Source: an uncultured virus (IMG/VR IMGVR_UViG_3300028833_000011)
Lineage: Duplodnaviria > Heunggongvirae > Uroviricota > Caudoviricetes
Strand: one strand, 5' to 3'
IMG/VR virus record: IMGVR_UViG_3300028833_000011
DNA: 64,000 nucleotides
The notes under the pieces were generated by a model, which worked only from the letters and a program-made list of their open reading frames with translations, was not told the origin of the DNA and ran no database searches. The translations under genes and the position numbers were made by a program. Shown piece by piece: positions 1-8,929 of this stretch; the first letter of the stretch is position 1, and each line of letters begins with the position of its first letter.

Positions 1-320
1 AAATCGAACAAGTAGAGCTGAAAGAGAAGCTGCTGCAACTGATTGACTTCATGAACGGCGAGGAGTTCGCTGGTCTTGATGGCACTGAAAAGGGACTTCT
101 TGCAAGCCAGAGGGCAGGCATGGAGGTATATCTCAATGCACTTACACAGCGGATTTATGGCGCAAATGATGCTCGCGTGGAAACTATGCTGCCTATACTG
201 ATGATGAGTATGCTGGGTTCGCCATTTGGCGCATCATCGCAGAAGATTCCGCCTTTGCCTGAAAGCCTTGTGAGCCAACAGGCAAAAGAGTGCGATTCGC
301 AACCATTACAGACATCGTGA
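1..320 (+). CDS. 5'-truncated hypothetical protein, crAss001_48-like helical family
   Basis: Frame is open from the window start (IEQVELKEKLLQLIDFMNGEEF...LLASQRAGMEVYLNALTQRI). The pattern resembles the crAss001_48-like family. Confidence 0.5.
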   Translation, partial: IEQVELKEKLLQLIDFMNGEEFAGLDGTEKGLLASQRAGMEVYLNALTQRIYGANDARVETMLPILMMSMLGSPFGASSQKIPPLPESLVSQQAKECDSQPLQTS

Positions 321-412
321 GCCCTAATGCGGCAAGGTTCAGTTGTTCGGAAAAAGTGAACAAGTGGTTGGTCGGTTTTTCCGACTGACCACTATAAAAA
401 AACTTAAAACTT

Positions 413-691
413 ATGGACGAAAAAGAACAAAAAGACAACCACGAGGAATTGATTGAATCGTTAAGACCAGATAACAAGGCTCACGAGGAATGGATGCAGT
501 CGATGCTGGAGAAACTCGCTCCTCTTGACCCCAAGGAATTGGCCGACCACAATGCGAAGATTGAGGAGGTCAAGTATTGGAGGGAGTTTGAGGGTAATGT
601 ATTTCTTGAACTGCTCCGACAATATCCGCAAAAGGACATTGATGACCTGCTTAACCTGACGAAATATGTCATTGAGGCATTAAAGCGATAA
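413..691 (+). CDS. hypothetical protein
   Basis: 92 aa ORF with an A-rich Bacteroidota-type start context (ttaaaacttATG). Confidence 0.7.
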   Translation: MDEKEQKDNHEELIESLRPDNKAHEEWMQSMLEKLAPLDPKELADHNAKIEEVKYWREFEGNVFLELLRQYPQKDIDDLLNLTKYVIEALKR

Positions 692-715
692 AATGGCACA
701 AGACGTTGTGCAAGT

Positions 716-760
716 CCAAGGCGCAAGCCTATGCGCTCAAATCGCGCCTTGGGCGTTTTC
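716..760 (+). terminator. hairpin / possible intrinsic terminator
   Basis: ccaaggcgc...gcgccttgg inverted repeat followed by gcgttttc. Confidence 0.4.
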
Positions 761-796
761 TGTTAAACAAATCGCAAATTATTAACTCAAAAAAAT

Positions 797-1807
797 ATGA
801 TTAGCGACGAACTTAAAAAAAAGGCACTTGATTTTCTTGCCGAAATCGAAAACTTGGCCAAAGACGACGGCTATCAAGTTGCCAAAGATGACTTTGATTC
901 GCAATATGCGATGTTAAAGGCCGAGTACGAAACGAAAATCAAAAAGGCTTACGACCTTGGCATGGCAGAGGGTGAAACGGCCGCAAAGAGATTGTTCGAC
1001 GACTTAATAGCGCAAATGAAAGCGGACTATGATGCAAAAGTCAAGGCCGCATATAACGAAGGCTACAACGCCCGCGCTACCGAAGAATCGGGTACAACGC
1101 CAGTTGTTAATCCCGACCCCGAGCCAATAGACGAACCCGTTGACGACCCTGTAAACGAGGGTTATAGTAAGGATAAAGTAATATCCGAATTGCTTGCTAT
1201 CAAGGGTAGTTCTTCTTACGCATTTGGCATTGTTGATGTTAACGGGAACGTGTACGCAAACGCATCGGAGTGGGTTCTTGACGGAAAGCAAGACGTGCTT
1301 GGCATTGGCTACACCAACGGCACATTGCATTTATGTATGCACACAAAGAAAATAGCATCTGCCCCCTATGGTGCTATCGGTGTCAAGGTAAGCGGTGTTT
1401 ATCACACAAAATTGCAATGGAAAAAAGACTCAAAGCCGAATCAACCATCTGCATACGAGGATTATTCGGGTGCCAAGAATTCCGACGCGCTTGTGGCTAA
1501 TTGTCCTGATTCTATTGCACACAAGGCGCACGCGGTTGTTTTTGCAAATGGCAAGCACGGCTATTTGCCGCCATGCGGAGAAATGCGCATCTACTGCCAA
1601 TATCACGCAAAGGTTGACGAACTTTTGAAAGCGGTCGGTGGCGATGCAATATATTCGCATAAAGGCACATACAACGAAGGGCTATGGACAAGCACGGCCA
1701 TTGATGCGAAACAAGCGTGGGTTGTCCTATATTCGGAAACTCACACACAACCAGCGCAACGCGACAAATCAATAAAGTGTCCTATTCGCGCATTTGTTGA
1801 ACTTTAA
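797..1807 (+). CDS. protein with coiled N-terminus and C-terminal Lcl/DUF1566-like (CLec-fold) domain; possible adhesin or virion accessory protein
   Basis: C-terminal YLPPCGEM...LWTST...AWVV...IRAF pattern; Pro/acidic linker PVVNPDPEPIDEPVDDP. Confidence 0.6.
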   Translation: MISDELKKKALDFLAEIENLAKDDGYQVAKDDFDSQYAMLKAEYETKIKKAYDLGMAEGETAAKRLFDDLIAQMKADYDAKVKAAYNEGYNARATEESGTTPVVNPDPEPIDEPVDDPVNEGYSKDKVISELLAIKGSSSYAFGIVDVNGNVYANASEWVLDGKQDVLGIGYTNGTLHLCMHTKKIASAPYGAIGVKVSGVYHTKLQWKKDSKPNQPSAYEDYSGAKNSDALVANCPDSIAHKAHAVVFANGKHGYLPPCGEMRIYCQYHAKVDELLKAVGGDAIYSHKGTYNEGLWTSTAIDAKQAWVVLYSETHTQPAQRDKSIKCPIRAFVEL

Positions 1808-1821
1808 CAACGACGAACACT

Positions 1822-3027
1822 ATGAACAAAGACAACGAAAACAAGATGCTTGGTCTATTGGACGAGGCTTTTGCCGACGGCGTTCAAAGTATGGTTCCCG
1901 CATTAAAGAAAGCGGAGGACAACGCCTACCAAAAAGGCCACGACGCGGGTTACGAGTTGGGGTATCGCACGGCGCTAAACGATGTGCAAGTAACGCCTAC
2001 GACCGAAGAACAAGAAGAGGGTAGTGGCATCCCGAAATGGAATATGGAAAGTTTGCCAACGCGCGCGTTTTTTGACTTGCTCACACCCGACGGCTACAAA
2101 GAAAGTGATTATAGCCTTATTTGGCCGTCGCTTGGTCAAACCGACATTGACGACGGGCATGCCGAAAGGAATTACCCGTATGTTGTTCACGGCAAAGGTG
2201 ACAAGTTGCTTGTTATGGGCGACGACGAACCCACACAAACCATCACGCCATATAAAGAGGCTTTCTTTATCTATTGCTTGGTGCCGAACAAGACGTATCG
2301 ATGGAAAATGATGCTCGGCGACAAAATCATCAAAGAGGGAGTGTTCCAAACCACAGGTCGTGTTCGTTGGATGAAAACAAACGTCAACAAATATCCCCAC
2401 AATATGCGCGACCTTGGTTGTCCAAAAGAATTTGTAACGGAGGGCAACGGCATTGTTTGGGAAAGATGCTATCGTGGTGAACATCCAGACAATATCGAGG
2501 TTGGTTCGGTTGACCATTTGTATCTCCGCGACCAACTTGGCATTTCGGTGCAAATAAACCTGCGCGATGCTGACGAAAACCCAGCACGTTCCGACCTTTT
2601 TGAAAAGACATATTCGTACAATATACCCGCTTACGCCGCCATCCTTACGGCAAACCAAACGTATAAAGGCAACTTCAAAAAGGCTTTTCATGCGCTTGTT
2701 ACCGAATTAAAGGCGGGACGTAACGTGCTTATCAATTGTTGGCAAGGCCGCGACCGCACTGGCACGTTCTGTTGGTTCTTGCAAGCGTTATGTCACATGG
2801 CCGCTGGTTATCTACAAGGCCATTGGGAATTGTCAACGTTCGATAGGTGTGAAAACTCTATGATTTGGGAAGAGGTGCATTCCGAAGGCAAATTACGCGA
2901 TATGGTTACGAAATTCAAGGCAAAGTGGGGTGCCAATCCATACGACCAAGCGATTGGGCTTGCAAAGTTTGTTGGCATCCCCGACACCGACATCAAGGAT
3001 TTCCAAGACGTTATGATGGCAAAATAG
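1822..3027 (+). CDS. tyrosine-phosphatase family protein (Y_phosphatase3/IphP-like)
   Basis: NMRDLG, YRG, NLR and CX5R P-loop NCWQGRDRTG. Confidence 0.8.
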   Translation: MNKDNENKMLGLLDEAFADGVQSMVPALKKAEDNAYQKGHDAGYELGYRTALNDVQVTPTTEEQEEGSGIPKWNMESLPTRAFFDLLTPDGYKESDYSLIWPSLGQTDIDDGHAERNYPYVVHGKGDKLLVMGDDEPTQTITPYKEAFFIYCLVPNKTYRWKMMLGDKIIKEGVFQTTGRVRWMKTNVNKYPHNMRDLGCPKEFVTEGNGIVWERCYRGEHPDNIEVGSVDHLYLRDQLGISVQINLRDADENPARSDLFEKTYSYNIPAYAAILTANQTYKGNFKKAFHALVTELKAGRNVLINCWQGRDRTGTFCWFLQALCHMAAGYLQGHWELSTFDRCENSMIWEEVHSEGKLRDMVTKFKAKWGANPYDQAIGLAKFVGIPDTDIKDFQDVMMAK

Positions 3028-3111
3028 TGGCATTCAAACATATAGTTGTCCATTTATAATTTATTTCATAAAATAGCACTAATTCAAATTATATACTATT
3101 CTATTCATTAA

Positions 3112-3151
3112 GCCGCAAGTGTTTGAAATTACAACGCTTGCGGCGTTTTTT
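3112..3151 (+). terminator. intrinsic terminator
   Basis: gccgcaagtgtt...aacgcttgcggc stem followed by a T-run. Confidence 0.7.
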
Positions 3152-3202
3152 ATGCCGAAGAACAAACGCAACTGGCAATAAGCAAGGACTTTCTAAAATA
3201 CA

Positions 3203-3249
3203 TTTTTCAAAATGCCATAAAATTCGTACTTTTGCACACGTAACGTTAC
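3203..3249 (+). promoter_or_regulatory. Bacteroidota sigma-A promoter with downstream palindrome
   Basis: TACTTTTG at 3227-3234 matches TAnnTTTG; perfect palindrome GTAACGTTAC at 3240-3249. Confidence 0.65.
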
Positions 3250-3294
3250 AAAGTGTGTTGTTAACAAGTATGTTTATTTTTCAAATCTAATTTT

Positions 3295-4131
3295 ATGGCA
3301 GAGATTTATCAACTCCCCGAGAATGGAAATGGAAACAACAACATCCCATTCTCTATTCCTATCGGCGGCAACGGGATGTTTGGCAACGGCCAGACGAACC
3401 TCATGGACTTGCTCGGCTTCGCAATCGTTGCAAGCATCTTCCCCAACTTCTTCGGCGGCGCAGGAGGTCGTGGCAATATGCCTAATGTCAACGCAGACCT
3501 CGCTATGCAAGCAATCGTCTCGCAAGGAGAGGCTTCTCGCACGGCTATCCAGACGCTCGCGTCAAGCATCGGGCAGGACTTCAACATCGTCTATGGCACA
3601 ATCGGCAACATTCAGAATGCGCTGTCGCAGATTGGCGCGACACAGGGCATGAATGCCTTGCAGGTCATCAATGCCATTCAGAATGGTAACGCAGGGCTCG
3701 CATCGCAGTTGTCGCAATGTTGCTGCAACAGCCAGCTCGCAATGTGTCAGCAGACCAACGCCCTCCAGTCGCAGGCCGACCGCAACCACAACGCTGTGCT
3801 CAACGCCATCAACGCTCAGACTATCGCCATGAACGACCAGTTCTGCGCCATCAAGGAACGCGAACTCCAATCCAAGATTGACACCCAAGCCGAAATCATC
3901 ACCCAATTGCGCGGACAGATTGACAACGCCAACCAGACCGCCGCTATTACGGGTTATGTCAACGGACTCGTTGCGCCATTGCAAAAGGCCGTCACCGAGA
4001 TTGCGGACAAGATGCCGAACACCATTCCCGTTCAGTGGCCGAATGTCACGGCCGTAAACACCACACCAAACGCGGGTGCATTCTACGGCGGTTTCGGATA
4101 TAACGGCTTTGGTGGCAACGTCGTATTCTAA
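3295..4131 (+). CDS. Gly/Asn/Gln-rich coiled-coil protein with SQCCC motif (cassette gene 1)
   Basis: 278 aa; hydrophobic segment LLGFAIVASIFPNFFG, LASQLSQCCC, long heptad region. Confidence 0.85.
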   Translation: MAEIYQLPENGNGNNNIPFSIPIGGNGMFGNGQTNLMDLLGFAIVASIFPNFFGGAGGRGNMPNVNADLAMQAIVSQGEASRTAIQTLASSIGQDFNIVYGTIGNIQNALSQIGATQGMNALQVINAIQNGNAGLASQLSQCCCNSQLAMCQQTNALQSQADRNHNAVLNAINAQTIAMNDQFCAIKERELQSKIDTQAEIITQLRGQIDNANQTAAITGYVNGLVAPLQKAVTEIADKMPNTIPVQWPNVTAVNTTPNAGAFYGGFGYNGFGGNVVF

Positions 4132-4156
4132 GAATTAGCGGAAAGGAGGCAAAAGC

Positions 4157-4492
4157 ATGAATTGTTTTAACGTGACAACAAATGCGGGTGGTATTCCGCT
4201 TATTCCATCCACAAAGACAACTGTCGGTACCGAAAGCGTGGATATTTCTCTTGGTTTTCGTCGTATTCAGCCAATTGGCTATTTGACCATTCGGTTGAAC
4301 GATGCAATTCCTGCGGGAACTACCGACACTTTGCCGATTACTCTTACTATGGGTGGTACGACGCGCGCGTTGACGCTATTCAACGGGACACCCGTTACTG
4401 TGGCCGACTTAATCGGCGGTACGGGAGTTTTCCTTGTGTTTAACAATCGTTTTGACGGCATTCTTCAACTGATGTCGCGAACAACAACTTAA
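4157..4492 (+). CDS. small beta-rich hypothetical protein (cassette gene 2)
   Basis: 111 aa, Thr/Gly-rich beta-strand pattern, tightly packed in the operon. Confidence 0.8.
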   Translation: MNCFNVTTNAGGIPLIPSTKTTVGTESVDISLGFRRIQPIGYLTIRLNDAIPAGTTDTLPITLTMGGTTRALTLFNGTPVTVADLIGGTGVFLVFNNRFDGILQLMSRTTT

Positions 4493-4504
4493 CAACAAGC
4501 GATT

Positions 4505-5014
4505 ATGGATTTCAATAGTTTAGGCAACGGCAATCCGTTCTACATCTTACGGCAAGGCGAGAAACCTTTGCTCGAGGTAGGTGTGGTAAAGGCGAAATCG
4601 CAACCACACGTTCAATTTCCTACGCAAACACCAAACATCATGACGGGTTTGCAAACGCAACAAGTCGTAGATGTCACTGTTACAATCAATGGGAAAGATG
4701 AGGTTTTCCAAAACATCCCAATTGGCGTAGAAATAGCGCAACGCGGCAACGACACGTTTTCGGGTAGTAGAGAGGCAATGCTTCAAGCGGTGGATGCAAT
4801 GCTGCAAACATCGAAAAAGGCATTAGACCAAGTACCCTATCACAAGTCGGTGATTGCGGAAAGTGAAAAGATGCTTGAAACACTTAATCCTCGGTATGCC
4901 GAAGAAAAGCGCCAAGCAAAAACAATAAAATCGTTGGAGGAAAGGCAAGCGGCAACCGACGCGAAGTTAGATAGCATTCTTGCTATATTGCAAAAACTTG
5001 ATTCGCCTTCTTGA
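4505..5014 (+). CDS. hypothetical protein with C-terminal coiled coil (cassette gene 3)
   Basis: 169 aa ORF in the operon. Confidence 0.8.
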   Translation: MDFNSLGNGNPFYILRQGEKPLLEVGVVKAKSQPHVQFPTQTPNIMTGLQTQQVVDVTVTINGKDEVFQNIPIGVEIAQRGNDTFSGSREAMLQAVDAMLQTSKKALDQVPYHKSVIAESEKMLETLNPRYAEEKRQAKTIKSLEERQAATDAKLDSILAILQKLDSPS

Positions 5015-5064
5015 CGCGACGATTGAATTCATAACAACAAACAAACGAAAGAAAGGGTATTAAA

Positions 5065-5298
5065 ATGAGTTGGATTTTTGTAGATAAAGACAAAGAAAGC
5101 GGGGGCGATGAAATGCGCCGACAAATGCGCCGAAACATGCGCAATGGTGGCAGTTATCGCGGCTACAATGATGGCGGCGGTTCGCAGTACAACGAGGGCT
5201 ATCGCCAAGGTTACAAGCATGGTTGGGAAGATAGCGAGGAGGAAATGGACGACGTTGAATATCGTCGCCGCCGTGATTCTCGTGGCCGATACATGTAA
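5065..5298 (+). CDS. small Arg/Gly/Tyr-rich disordered protein ending RRRRDSRGRYM (cassette gene 4)
   Basis: 77 aa, low complexity, basic C-terminal tail. Confidence 0.8.
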   Translation: MSWIFVDKDKESGGDEMRRQMRRNMRNGGSYRGYNDGGGSQYNEGYRQGYKHGWEDSEEEMDDVEYRRRRDSRGRYM

Positions 5299-5390
5299 TG
5301 TAATCGTGATTTAACAACGGATGGGCGGGCAAGATAATAATTCGTATGCTTGCCCATCTTTATTTTAACTATTAATAATAAAGCAAAAGT

Positions 5391-5786
5391 ATGGAACATT
5401 ATATAAGCAAAGGTCGTGCTATTTACGAGGATGAAAATCATGGTTTGTTTAGCAAGAAACTTGCCGAATATGCTATCTCAAAAATGCGAACGGAGGACGT
5501 TAACGGAATGCCAAAGCCCATCGTTGCAAGAAAACTTGACGATGTTAAAGACGTGTTCAAACAATACGGAGTAGTTATTCAAGACGAATTTTGCTATACG
5601 GCATGGTATTTGTTCAACATGGCGGTTGCTGATTATCCAAAGACGTTGACGACGGACGAACAACGCGCAATGTTTGTAGAGGAAACAATAGGCGACCCCG
5701 ACGGCATGCCAGAAAACGTCTTGGATTGCTTTGCCGTCAAGATGCGAAATGCGGGTGTGCCGATATTTTGGGAGGAATTCCTATAA
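5391..5786 (+). CDS. helical hypothetical protein (cassette gene 5)
   Basis: 131 aa ORF ending GVPIFWEEFL. Confidence 0.8.
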   Translation: MEHYISKGRAIYEDENHGLFSKKLAEYAISKMRTEDVNGMPKPIVARKLDDVKDVFKQYGVVIQDEFCYTAWYLFNMAVADYPKTLTTDEQRAMFVEETIGDPDGMPENVLDCFAVKMRNAGVPIFWEEFL

Positions 5787-5801
5787 CAAGCGAGAACAAT
5801 T

Positions 5802-6188
5802 ATGGAAACCATCTATATCGACGTTCCTAAAAAGAAATGGGGCGTAATTGTGGTCTATGACTATGATTTCATGGATTGGGACGAAATGGGCGCAATTATG
5901 GAATCTTTTGGCATGTCCGAACATGACATAAAAAAGTCTTTGCGCATCTTGTCGCGATATGATACGGGTATGGCCGTATCACGAACCGATTTGCGCATGT
6001 CGGTTGTTTTTGTAAGTCGAGCGACAAGGCCAAGTGAATTTTGGGACACGTTGAATCATGAATTATATCACGTCAACGTTGCCATCATAGACTACTATGA
6101 CGAACCATACGACGAGGAGGGCGCGGCGCATCTGCAAGGCTACCTTATGAAACAAGCGGTTGAAAGAATTGGCGCACCATGTCTATGA
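5802..6188 (+). CDS. HExxH zinc metallopeptidase-like protein (cassette gene 6)
   Basis: TLNHELYH...EEGAAHLQG zincin-like motif. Confidence 0.7.
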   Translation: METIYIDVPKKKWGVIVVYDYDFMDWDEMGAIMESFGMSEHDIKKSLRILSRYDTGMAVSRTDLRMSVVFVSRATRPSEFWDTLNHELYHVNVAIIDYYDEPYDEEGAAHLQGYLMKQAVERIGAPCL

Positions 6189-6194
6189 CCACCG

Positions 6195-6286
6195 AAATTT
6201 GCCCCATGTTGCACGTTCGCCGTTGCGATGGACAATTTATCGTTAAAATAATAAAATGCCAATACAGCGCAATTAAACGCGAAATA
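6195..6286 (+). repeat. dispersed 92-bp element, copy A
   Basis: AAATTTGC-N31-AATTTATCG-N39-AAATA, with the same spacing as 46887-46978. Confidence 0.65.
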
Positions 6287-6305
6287 TTGGCATTTCTTGT
6301 AGGTG

Positions 6306-6713
6306 TTAGTGTTTTTGTAGTCGGGCGTTTGCGTTCTTTATCAAAAAATCGGTAAAATGTTCGCCAAGAAAGCCAGCCAACAAAGCGGCCGATTCAACGT
6401 CGTCAACAAGATAGTGTTGCAATATTCTATCCTCTACATGTCGTTTTTCGTGAAAGTACGTATTGGCCATATCCTTTATACTTGTCATTTCATAGAAAAC
6501 GACAAATATTTGTAGGGTGCTTAACAAGCAATAGGTGCCGCCGCCATTCTTTCCTTCGGCATTTATCGACTCTCGCATGAAATCCAAATTTTCCTTGCTT
6601 ATGTTGAATCGTCTTGCCATAGCCACAACGTGTTTGGCGTCCTTTTTGCTTTCGACTTGAACACACGTCACGTCAACGTTGTATAACGGGACTTTGAATG
6701 ATATACTTTTCAT
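6306..6713 (-). CDS. HExxH metallopeptidase-like protein
   Basis: TYFHEKRH...ESAALLAG; ATG at 6713 overlaps the upstream stop (ATGA). Confidence 0.65.
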   Translation of the reverse strand: MKSISFKVPLYNVDVTCVQVESKKDAKHVVAMARRFNISKENLDFMRESINAEGKNGGGTYCLLSTLQIFVVFYEMTSIKDMANTYFHEKRHVEDRILQHYLVDDVESAALLAGFLGEHFTDFLIKNANARLQKH

Positions 6714-7330
6714 AGTTTTACCATTTGCGGGAAAAATCGTTTTCTTTGTTCGTCCCACCGAAATACTTGGTTGCAAAACTCGCAACGTATGTCAAGACCT
6801 TCTACGGCCGACAATTCGTGATTGCAGTTTGGACACATTGCGTTGAACTTGCTTGGAACAACGATAAAGTGTTTTGCAAAGGTGTCGCCCGAATCAAGAC
6901 TGCCGCTTTCGTACATAGTCTTGATAAGCGCAAGAATGTCACGCACCGAACTTTCGGAAAGGTCTTGCGTTCTATCGTGCAAAAGGCTCGCAAGTAGTTT
7001 TTGAACATCCTCGCCAGAAAACTTATATTCGCTTAGACTTGACGCTTGGGCTTGTATGTCGGAACGATACAATTCACGCAATTCCTCTTCAAGTTGCTTG
7101 CAATTTTGTGAACCAAGCAATATAGCCGCCTTTGCCCTAAATCGTGATAGATATTCCTCCTCGTCCTCGCTTGGTACGTTGCGGTTGAATTCGGCCGTAT
7201 CATACACGTTGGCATAGGCTACCTCCATTCTTTCGCCAAGTATGACTTGTAGCACAAACAAGTATTCTTGCGGCGTAAAGTTTATCATGCGCGTTTGTAG
7301 CGCGTTTTGAGTGTCGAGATAATTAATCAT
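6710..7330 (-). CDS. probable terminase small subunit with C-terminal zinc ribbon
   Basis: FTPQEYLFV...G...AYANVY...KAAILL resembles the TerS N-terminal HTH; CPNC...CEFC zinc ribbon. Confidence 0.5.
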   Translation of the reverse strand: MINYLDTQNALQTRMINFTPQEYLFVLQVILGERMEVAYANVYDTAEFNRNVPSEDEEEYLSRFRAKAAILLGSQNCKQLEEELRELYRSDIQAQASSLSEYKFSGEDVQKLLASLLHDRTQDLSESSVRDILALIKTMYESGSLDSGDTFAKHFIVVPSKFNAMCPNCNHELSAVEGLDIRCEFCNQVFRWDEQRKRFFPQMVKL

Positions 7331-7857
7331 AGGTTTTTGCGTCTTGCGTACTCACTCATAAGAATTGAATCTACCTTGTTGTCGTCGATTCGTTTCGCCC
7401 TATCGCTTTTTCTAAGGTCTATTTTCGGAAAAAGACGTTTGCAACAATTGATTGATGTCGCCTTTGTGTTCACCTCTTTCCTTGTCATCGTCTTGCCTTT
7501 GACCACGATATCCTTGTAGGTAAACTCCATATCCGAATTAATCCACATTTCTTTTTGCCATTCTTTCGGCTGGACAAGAACGTATGGAATGTCGTTCGCG
7601 GCCAATAACCCGATAAGATAGCCTTTGTTGAAACCGAAAGCGAACGTTGATTTTGCGCTACTATTAAATAGCGCATGGACATCCTCTATCACACACACCA
7701 CATTTTCGTTTTCTTTTCGCGCTGCTTGCATTATCGCACTTAATTGGTACAAATCATTGTCCTCGATTGAAAAGTGCGACCACGCGCCATTTTTTTGCAT
7801 GGATATAAAACCCTTGCTACCAACATCAATGCCGATATATAATTTATCGCTATACAT
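7327..7857 (-). CDS. RuvC-like Holliday junction resolvase
   Basis: YIGIDVG, CVIEDV, FAFG, PKEWQK, DNKVDSILM acidic catalytic pattern. Confidence 0.8.
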   Translation of the reverse strand: MYSDKLYIGIDVGSKGFISMQKNGAWSHFSIEDNDLYQLSAIMQAARKENENVVCVIEDVHALFNSSAKSTFAFGFNKGYLIGLLAANDIPYVLVQPKEWQKEMWINSDMEFTYKDIVVKGKTMTRKEVNTKATSINCCKRLFPKIDLRKSDRAKRIDDNKVDSILMSEYARRKNL

Positions 7858-7869
7858 AAAGTTTATTGT

Positions 7870-8358
7870 TTAATAATATTCTATTGTTACCGAATCTTTT
7901 AACGCTTTTGGCAAACGAATGACCAAGTTCTTTGTCTTTCTTGCCGACAATTCCTCGCACGTCTTGGCATTACGTTCTCCGATTATGGCTTTTAGTATAT
8001 TCCATCTACGGCGCCATTCGTACTCTTTGTCAATCATCGACATCATTTTAGATACGGCGTTTTGCACCGAATTCGGATTGAACTTGCCATTGTAGATATT
8101 GCTTTTCTTTGCAATAAAGGCATAACTCCCGTTCGTCATATATCTATATGCGTACCACAAAAGCCATCTTGCGTGTGCGACCGATTCCGTATTGTTCTTA
8201 TCGAGCATATCATCAACATCCACGTCACACAAGGATGCTACAATATTAGCAAGATAAACTTGCGTGTCGCATTCGTATTTTTTAAGGGCGCCGCATACGG
8301 CATTCACCACGTCCGCATCTATTTTCGTCCACCCAACAACTTTGTCATTGACATCCAT
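7870..8358 (-). CDS. DnaA C-terminal-like HTH DNA-binding protein
   Basis: VAHARWLLWYAYRYMTNGSYAFIAK...SVQNAV resembles DnaA domain IV. Confidence 0.5.
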   Translation of the reverse strand: MDVNDKVVGWTKIDADVVNAVCGALKKYECDTQVYLANIVASLCDVDVDDMLDKNNTESVAHARWLLWYAYRYMTNGSYAFIAKKSNIYNGKFNPNSVQNAVSKMMSMIDKEYEWRRRWNILKAIIGERNAKTCEELSARKTKNLVIRLPKALKDSVTIEYY

Positions 8359-8782
8359 CTTGTTTGCTTTCTTTTATTTTGTTGATTATTGTCTGTTCGT
8401 TCATAGGCAACCTTTCTACGTATAGATTGAGGCGTTTGTGTTTGTCGGTTCCAAGCACCTTGTCAAACACACCAACGATAGAATATCTAAAATGCAAAAA
8501 AATGAATTCGCCGCGATATGCACAAATGTCGTTATCGATTCCTTTTTTGAGATAAGTTTCCCAACGGGGACGCGCATCGCGTTCTTTGTAGCATTCACGT
8601 TCGGTGTCATATTCAAGCACGCGATTTCTTCTTAGCCAAAGATAAGTTTCGTTGTCTTTTTTGAAATATTGGCCTACAATTGCGCCAAGTGAAACGCCAT
8701 CAATGCTGATGCGCCCTATGAACGCACCAGCATCGTTTTTCTCGATATATCCGTTTATGTATTCATTGTCGTATGCGGCCAT
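8345..8782 (-). CDS. hypothetical protein (beta-rich)
   Basis: ORF from MAAYDNEY, overlapping the next gene. Confidence 0.7.
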   Translation of the reverse strand: MAAYDNEYINGYIEKNDAGAFIGRISIDGVSLGAIVGQYFKKDNETYLWLRRNRVLEYDTERECYKERDARPRWETYLKKGIDNDICAYRGEFIFLHFRYSIVGVFDKVLGTDKHKRLNLYVERLPMNEQTIINKIKESKQDGCQ

Positions 8783-8795
8783 ATCGCGTAGGAAT

Positions 8796-8918
8796 TTATA
8801 TGTCCAAATAGTCAACCACAATCGCGGCCGAAATGTTTAACTTTTCGGCAATTTCGTCGATTGAATAACCTCGCTTATAAAGGTCGTTGATGTCAAATAT
8901 CAAATCGCTTTCGTTCAT
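8796..8918 (-). CDS. small HTH protein
   Basis: LYKRGYSIDEIAEKLNISAAIV. Confidence 0.55.
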   Translation of the reverse strand: MNESDLIFDINDLYKRGYSIDEIAEKLNISAAIVVDYLDI

Positions 8919-8929
8919 AGCGGTTGCAA

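Noticed and set aside
1500..1807. Lcl/CLec C-terminus as a diversity-generating retroelement target
   Set aside because: No template repeat or reverse transcriptase is seen in the window; one cannot be excluded elsewhere in the genome.
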